NCBI GenBank assembly: GCA_020632535.1
Contig: JACKFJ010000008.1
Location: 463-64,462 of the forward strand
Source of the DNA: Candidatus Omnitrophota bacterium
Lineage (GTDB): Bacteria > Omnitrophota > Gorgyraeia > Zapsychrales > JANLHA01
DNA length: 64,000 bases
Direction: 5' to 3'
Part shown: piece by piece, positions 59,416 to 64,000 of the stretch
Layout of the letters: each line of letters starts with the position of its first letter
Numbering within the stretch: position 1 is the stretch's first letter
Position numbers and translations under genes: made by a program
Notes under the pieces: model-generated
What the model was told of the DNA's origin: nothing
What the model saw: the letters and a program-made list of their open reading frames with translations, nothing else
Databases searched by the model: none

Positions 59416-60201
59416 TTGGATTCGAGGGATCTCAGGTTGAAAATTTTTATAATCATTTGGAGTCTCTTGTGTTTCGGTGTGAGTCATGCCCAAGCGCAGG
59501 AGACTTTTCCTTTTGTGGCTAAAGTGACCGCCAAGTCGGTTCATCTTCGCGCTGGCCCCAATGCCAATTTTGAATCTCTTGATCAACTTGAAAATGGCGA
59601 TGAATTTATTGTGGTGGATGCGAGTTTTGATTGGCGTAAAGTTAAGCTTCCCGCTGACGCCAAAGCTTATGTCCATGCTGGCTTTGTGAAAGATTTAGGG
59701 CAAGGTGTGGGTCAAGTGACAGGTAATCGTCTTAATATTCGTGCAGCGGCCTTAACAAATGCTTCCATTATTGGGCAATCGAAGAAGGGTGATTTGATTC
59801 GTATTTTTGAAAAGAAAGATGATTGGCTTCGTATTGAACCGCCAGATCAAAGTTTTGGTTGGATTTTAAAGGATTTTATTGAATTCAAATCTGCTACGAT
59901 ACCGCCTGTTCGTGTTGTGCAATTGCCAACAAAAAGTAAAAAGGAAGATACGACGACTTCGGTGCTGCAGGTGGCTAGGGTTTCTGTTATGGGTGTCGTT
60001 GAAGATTTAGGGACGAACGCTGTTGGTGCGGATATTCGGCATTTTTTGCAAAGTGATAATACCGTTTATAATCTCAAAGGTTATCGACATGTGTTGGATG
60101 GTTTTCGTCATCAAAGAGTCAAGATGGAAGGTCTGTTAAAACCTGACGCGAAGTCAGGCAATCCGGTTGTCCTCGTAACAAAAATTACACTCGTTCTCTA
60201 A
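59416..60201 (+). CDS. secreted protein with two bacterial SH3 domains
   Basis: Signal peptide ...LLCFGVSHAQA; SH3b-like repeats VTAKSVHLRAGPNANFESLDQLENGDEFIVV..WRKVKL and VTGNRLNIRAAALTNASIIGQSKKGDLIRIF..WLRIE. The start codon is non-ATG and uncertain. Confidence 0.7.
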   Translation: MDSRDLRLKIFIIIWSLLCFGVSHAQAQETFPFVAKVTAKSVHLRAGPNANFESLDQLENGDEFIVVDASFDWRKVKLPADAKAYVHAGFVKDLGQGVGQVTGNRLNIRAAALTNASIIGQSKKGDLIRIFEKKDDWLRIEPPDQSFGWILKDFIEFKSATIPPVRVVQLPTKSKKEDTTTSVLQVARVSVMGVVEDLGTNAVGADIRHFLQSDNTVYNLKGYRHVLDGFRHQRVKMEGLLKPDAKSGNPVVLVTKITLVL

Positions 60202-60241
60202 ACTCTCCGCAATATTTGCTTGGTCGTCATTTTCTGCTACA

Positions 60242-60853
60242 ATGCACATCATGAATGTTGATATATTACTTGTTTTAGAGATTATTTTTATTTTGGGCAC
60301 GGCTGTGATTTTGCACGAATACGCGCATGGCTGGGCTGCTTTGAAACTTGGTGATCCCACGGCAAAAATATTGGGGCGATTGACTTTAAATCCGATCAAG
60401 CATATTGATCCGATTGGGACAATTTTGGTTCCAATTATCACAAAATTAACTTTAGGATTTCCTTTTGGTTGGGCTAAGCCAGTACCGGTTAATTTTGCTA
60501 ATTTGCGTAATCCTAAGCAAGACATGATTTTTGTTGCTTTGGCCGGACCTGCGACGAATATTGTGCTCGCGCTAATTGCGACTCTTCTTTTGCCGTTAAG
60601 TCCGGATCTTTTTATCATGGCCATCGGGATCAATTTGATGTTAGCGATTTTTAATATGATTCCAATTCCCCCGCTCGATGGTTCACGTGTCGTCGCAGGG
60701 TTATTGCCAACTCCGTTGGCCAGACAATATTTGTATCTTGAGCCTTTTGGTTTTATTATTCTTCTTGTGTTGATTCAGGTTGGAGCATTTAATTTTCTTG
60801 GTTATTTTGTAATGACACTCATAAAAATTCTTGTAGGTCAGTGGGCAGCTTAA
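60242..60853 (+). CDS. site-2 protease family (M50) membrane metalloprotease
   Basis: HEYAHGWAALKLGD (HExxH), several TM segments, NMIPIPPLDG. Confidence 0.85.
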   Translation: MHIMNVDILLVLEIIFILGTAVILHEYAHGWAALKLGDPTAKILGRLTLNPIKHIDPIGTILVPIITKLTLGFPFGWAKPVPVNFANLRNPKQDMIFVALAGPATNIVLALIATLLLPLSPDLFIMAIGINLMLAIFNMIPIPPLDGSRVVAGLLPTPLARQYLYLEPFGFIILLVLIQVGAFNFLGYFVMTLIKILVGQWAA

Positions 60854-60867
60854 GAAAGGTATCTTTC

Positions 60868-61956
60868 ATGTCATTAAGTCTAAAGGTCAATCTCCGTGAT
60901 AATAGTTATAAGATTGTGATTGGTCATAACATTTTGCAGGATCTTGGCGGAGAACTCAAAGCATTAAATTTAAATGGTGATGCGATTATTATTACGCATC
61001 CTGTCTTAAAGAAATATTATGGTAAAGTTTTAGAAAAAAGTTTAGCAAGTGTTGGTTTTGGTGTGAAGTTCTTTGCTATTGCTGAGGGGGAAGAGAGCAA
61101 ATCTGCAAAGGTCTTTATAAAGCTCCTTGAGGAAATTGCCAAATACGATGAAAACAAAAGTATTTTTATTGTCGCTTTAGGCGGGGGCGTTATTGGAGAC
61201 GTTTCTGGATTTGTCGCGGCGACATATCGTCGTGGGATACCGTATGTGCAGGTACCGACAACTCTTTTGGCGCAAATTGATTCTGCAATTGGTGGCAAGA
61301 CAGCCATTGATTTGTCAGTTGGAAAAAATCTCGCGGGAGCATTTTATCAGCCCATATTGGTTTACAGCGATGTCGCGGTTTTGGCGACATTGGATAAACG
61401 CCAGATTCGTAATGGTCTTAGTGAGGCGGTTAAGTATGGTGTTATTTCTGACCGACGATTATTTGATTTTATCGCCCGTCATGTCTCGAAGTTGATTAAT
61501 TTGGATTCTAAAGTACTTTCGGAAATTGTTTATCAATGTAGCCGCATAAAGGCAAAAGTTGTGGAACAAGATGAAAAGGAAACTAAAAGCATCCGTACAA
61601 TTCTAAATTTTGGTCATACGATCGGGCATGCCATTGAAGCGGCTGGAAAATTTCGAGTCTATCAGCATGGTGAGGCAGTAGCTTTGGGTATGCGTGTGGC
61701 GTCGGAACTTTCAGTGCGTCTAAAATATTTGACGGCAAAAGAGGCTGCGACTTTAGGGGGAGTTTTGTCAGATATCGGATTACCGGAAAAAATTAGCGGT
61801 GTTAAACTTCCAGAAATTTTAAAGCATATGATGCACGATAAAAAATTCAAAGCCGGAAAACCGCGTTTTGTTCTCGCCACGGGTCTGGGTACAGTAAAAG
61901 TCGTTGAAGGTGTTTCTATTGTTGACATTAAAGCTGCAATCCAGAGTTATCTATAG
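60868..61956 (+). CDS. aroB: 3-dehydroquinate synthase
   Basis: GGGVIGDVSGFVAATYRRGIPYVQVPTTLLAQIDSAIGGKTAIDL, NFGHTIGHAIE, HGEAVALG; internal ATG 60868 preferred because ORF-track 60841 overlaps the M50 gene. Confidence 0.93.
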   Translation: MSLSLKVNLRDNSYKIVIGHNILQDLGGELKALNLNGDAIIITHPVLKKYYGKVLEKSLASVGFGVKFFAIAEGEESKSAKVFIKLLEEIAKYDENKSIFIVALGGGVIGDVSGFVAATYRRGIPYVQVPTTLLAQIDSAIGGKTAIDLSVGKNLAGAFYQPILVYSDVAVLATLDKRQIRNGLSEAVKYGVISDRRLFDFIARHVSKLINLDSKVLSEIVYQCSRIKAKVVEQDEKETKSIRTILNFGHTIGHAIEAAGKFRVYQHGEAVALGMRVASELSVRLKYLTAKEAATLGGVLSDIGLPEKISGVKLPEILKHMMHDKKFKAGKPRFVLATGLGTVKVVEGVSIVDIKAAIQSYL

Positions 61957-61969
61957 AATTTGAATTTTG

Positions 61970-62102
61970 AAAAGATTCTGATGGTTCACCTTCTTCGCTC
62001 GAACAGTCCTCGCGCAAGTCGCTTAATCTTTAGTTAAAAGAATTATAGGTAAGCGACTTGGCTGCGGAACTCGCTCGGGAAGGTAAATCATCAGAATCTT
62101 TT
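61970..62102. terminator. 133-nt composite inverted repeat between convergent aroB and gspB-like genes (probable bidirectional terminator; could be MITE-like)
   Basis: Outer arms AAAAGATTCTGATGGTTCACCTTC / GAAGGTAAATCATCAGAATCTTTT (24 positions: 1 mismatch, 1 G-T). Inner arms CAAGTCGCTTA / TAAGCGACTTG (11 bp). 24-nt AT-rich apical loop; A-tract before and T-tract after. Confidence 0.6.
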
Positions 62103-62112
62103 ATTCTAAGTT

Positions 62113-62694
62113 TTATTTCGGACGGAGAACCTTAATCGTTCGAGGTAGCCCATTTTGAGTGATGTCTACACTGTCCGTTGTGATTTTTGTAATTGTTCCA
62201 TCCTCGACCATCTCCCCAGTTTCATAAAACTCATTATTAATCAACGCGAAATTCTTCCCATCCATAAAAACGATTCCGGTGAGGAGAATTTCACCTTTCT
62301 GGGGCTGTAGAGGCTGAGGCACAATTGGCGCAGGTATTTGGGGTGTGATTGTTTGTGTCGCGGGAGTATTGGGAGTGTGGCTTGGTTGTGAAGGAAATGG
62401 TTGAATTGACGTGGACGCAAAATTTGTTTTAGACATCCCTGCCGTACGCACTGTGAAATCATAAAGATTGTAGAACGTCACAGCGCTTATTGCTAATATC
62501 AAAAAACACCAGACAAAAATATTGTATGTAAAAGGTTTTCTTGCAACAACCGTCGTCGGAGTTGGCGCGGGTTTTGGTAAAGGCGCAGCCGGCCGGCTTT
62601 GGATTTTGACGGGTGGTGTTAGTGTGTCTTTATCGCTTTGAGTTTCAGAGCGATTCGACTGAACTTTTTTCAGGGCTTCGTGGATGATGCTCAT
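62113..62694 (-). CDS. gspB: GspB/ExeB-like secretion accessory protein
   Basis: N-terminus MSIIHEALKKVQ typical of GspB-type proteins, one TM helix, Pro/Thr/Gln-rich linker; immediately downstream of the gspA/exeA-like ATPase. Confidence 0.55.
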   Translation of the reverse strand: MSIIHEALKKVQSNRSETQSDKDTLTPPVKIQSRPAAPLPKPAPTPTTVVARKPFTYNIFVWCFLILAISAVTFYNLYDFTVRTAGMSKTNFASTSIQPFPSQPSHTPNTPATQTITPQIPAPIVPQPLQPQKGEILLTGIVFMDGKNFALINNEFYETGEMVEDGTITKITTDSVDITQNGLPRTIKVLRPK

Positions 62695-63529
62695 GATAAT
62701 TTCCGATTTCGCGAACAGCTTTTAAGGTAATGTTTTCGTCAATGACTTTGCTCCCTGTGACATAGCCTAATAATAATGCGCGATCGCAGATGATATTAAT
62801 AACGCGCGGTGTTCCTTGCGAATGGCCAAAAATAATTTCCACAGATCGGTCGGTAAAACGAACTGGAAGATTATCATGGGGAATTTCTATGTCGAGCGGT
62901 AAACGTCCGGCTATTTTAACACGATGTTCAATATAGCGGCCCACATCGTTTCGATCCAAAGGTAAGATATGATATCGTACGGCGACACGCTGTGTGAGTT
63001 GACGTAAAGCAGGGAGCTTTAATTTTTCCTGCAATTCCGGTTGGCCAACGAGAATAATCTGCAGAAGTTTTTCCTTCTCGGTTTCGAGATTAGATAAAAG
63101 GCGGATTTGTTCGAGTTGGTTGATCTTTAAATTTTGTGCCTCATCGATGACCAAGACGACATTATTCCCGAGTGTTGATTGTTCAATCAAGAAATTATTG
63201 AGCAATGAAATCAATGATAATTTGCTGCGAAAGTCTCCGGTTATTCCTAAATCCTTGACGATAAATTGTAAAAGTTGTAGTTCGGAAAAGTAGGGGTTTA
63301 AAACCAGTGCGGTTTTGATATTTGTGTGTAGACGGCCTAATAATGTGCGACAAATGGTGGTTTTGCCGGTGCCGATTTCGCCGGTAATGATCAAAATACC
63401 TTTGCGTTCTTGGATACCATAAACTAAGTGTGAAAAAGCTTCTTCATGTCGTTGGCTGGGAAAGAAGAACTCCGGATCCGATGTGACACTGAATGGTTGC
63501 TCAGAAAAGTTATAAAATTCTTTATACAC
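62645..63529 (-). CDS. gspA: ExeA/GspA/MshM-family AAA ATPase
   Basis: FYNFSEQPFSVTSDPEFFFPSQRHEEAF, Walker A GEIGTGKTT, Walker B VVLVIDEAQNL, GTPRVINIICD; 3' end overlaps gspB-like by 50 nt. Confidence 0.85.
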   Translation of the reverse strand: MYKEFYNFSEQPFSVTSDPEFFFPSQRHEEAFSHLVYGIQERKGILIITGEIGTGKTTICRTLLGRLHTNIKTALVLNPYFSELQLLQFIVKDLGITGDFRSKLSLISLLNNFLIEQSTLGNNVVLVIDEAQNLKINQLEQIRLLSNLETEKEKLLQIILVGQPELQEKLKLPALRQLTQRVAVRYHILPLDRNDVGRYIEHRVKIAGRLPLDIEIPHDNLPVRFTDRSVEIIFGHSQGTPRVINIICDRALLLGYVTGSKVIDENITLKAVREIGNYHEHHPRSPEKSSVESL

Positions 63530-63643
63530 AAAGTAATTATAACATAGGTTTGTAGCGTCGTAAACACTGGCTTGCCCTATATACTAATATAAGTTATACT
63601 CATATCATTCCGGTTGCACCGATTCCCTTTGATATTGATATTT

Positions 63644-64000
63644 ATGACAAGAATAATCTGCAAACCCATCATTTCTGCGTTTGTCGCGCTTGCTTTTTCT
63701 TTACAAGGAATAGGTATGCCATTGGCCTTTGGTCAAGTCCAGCCGATTGGTTCTTCCGCACGTGTTAATTTAAGCTCGGTTTTTGCACCCGCAGTTTTAC
63801 GTGGTATTCGTGTCGATCCGCAAAATCCTTTTTATTTTGAGTTTATCCTCGATCACGGTCAATCAAATTTGGAGGGTGAGGCACTCAAAGCCGAAGGCAC
63901 AAAACTTGTAAAATATTTTTTGGCGTCACTGACATTGCCGGAAAATGATTTGTGGGTCAATCTTTCACCTTATGAAAAAGATCGTATTATCCCTGACGCT
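63644..64000 (+). CDS. hypothetical secreted protein, N-terminal fragment (runs off window end)
   Basis: ATG at 63644, open for 119 codons to the window edge. Signal-peptide-like MTRIICKPIISAFVALAFSLQGIGMPLAFG; no family recognised; absent from the ORF track because no stop is reached. Confidence 0.55.
   Translation, partial: MTRIICKPIISAFVALAFSLQGIGMPLAFGQVQPIGSSARVNLSSVFAPAVLRGIRVDPQNPFYFEFILDHGQSNLEGEALKAEGTKLVKYFLASLTLPENDLWVNLSPYEKDRIIPDA

Noticed and set aside
60154-60633. 159-aa minus-strand ORF
   Set aside because: It is antisense to the M50 protease gene, which has a clear HExxH motif and TM pattern. It has no independent support.
52778-63628. Possible genomic island integrated at tRNA-Gly, bounded by a partial repeat of the tRNA 3' end (cgattccc at 63620-63627)
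   Set aside because: The match is only 8 nt, which is expected by chance in 64 kb. There are no integrase, transposase or phage genes, and the interval contains core genes (aroB, an M50 protease).

Overview
AT-leaning 64-kb bacterial chromosomal segment with standard genetic code and intact ORFs. All genes but two are on the + strand. LPS-heptose genes, an LpxL-type acyltransferase, TonB, GspA/GspB and PilT point to a diderm. An uncultivated PVC/Omnitrophota-like lineage is my guess only. The core (3.8-35.4 kb) is one almost uninterrupted transcription/translation super-cluster: tRNA-Thr, rpmG, tRNA-Trp, secE-nusG-rplKAJL-rpoBC-rpsLG-fusA-tuf, then the S10, spc and alpha operons. That is 43 protein genes. 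Three small genes missing from the ORF track were found by eye: rpmG, rpmJ and a Trm112-like zinc ribbon. Upstream lie a phosphohexomutase 3' end, plsC, rpsA and tyrS. Downstream are housekeeping and envelope genes: aminotransferase, pilT, icd, lipB, a glycolipid/acyltransferase operon, tonB-like, aroQ-pepP-efp-accBC-asp23, pfk, gmhA-hldC, thiE, tRNA-Gly, a nine-gene mixed operon, an M50 protease, aroB, then convergent gspA/gspB. I found no CRISPR array, transposase, integrase, prophage or recognisable defence system, so no clear-cut novel system can be claimed from sequence alone. The best candidates for follow-up are: (1) the tightly coupled operon at 52.8-60.2 kb just downstream of tRNA-Gly, which mixes a catalytically dead LytM factor, an AAA+/wHTH ATPase, three nucleotide hydrolases, a GAF-HD-GYP protein and SPOR/SH3 wall-binding proteins; (2) lipB followed by a stand-alone 76-aa lipoyl domain translationally coupled to a GT28/LpxL-like/GT2 lipid operon; (3) several structured non-coding elements, namely a palindromic repeat family inside the S10 operon and next to tRNA-Gly, a 133-nt composite hairpin, and a 300-nt hairpin-rich spacer; (4) a 59-nt out-of-frame overlap of rpoC and rpsL, absence of L30, and extended ribosomal proteins.
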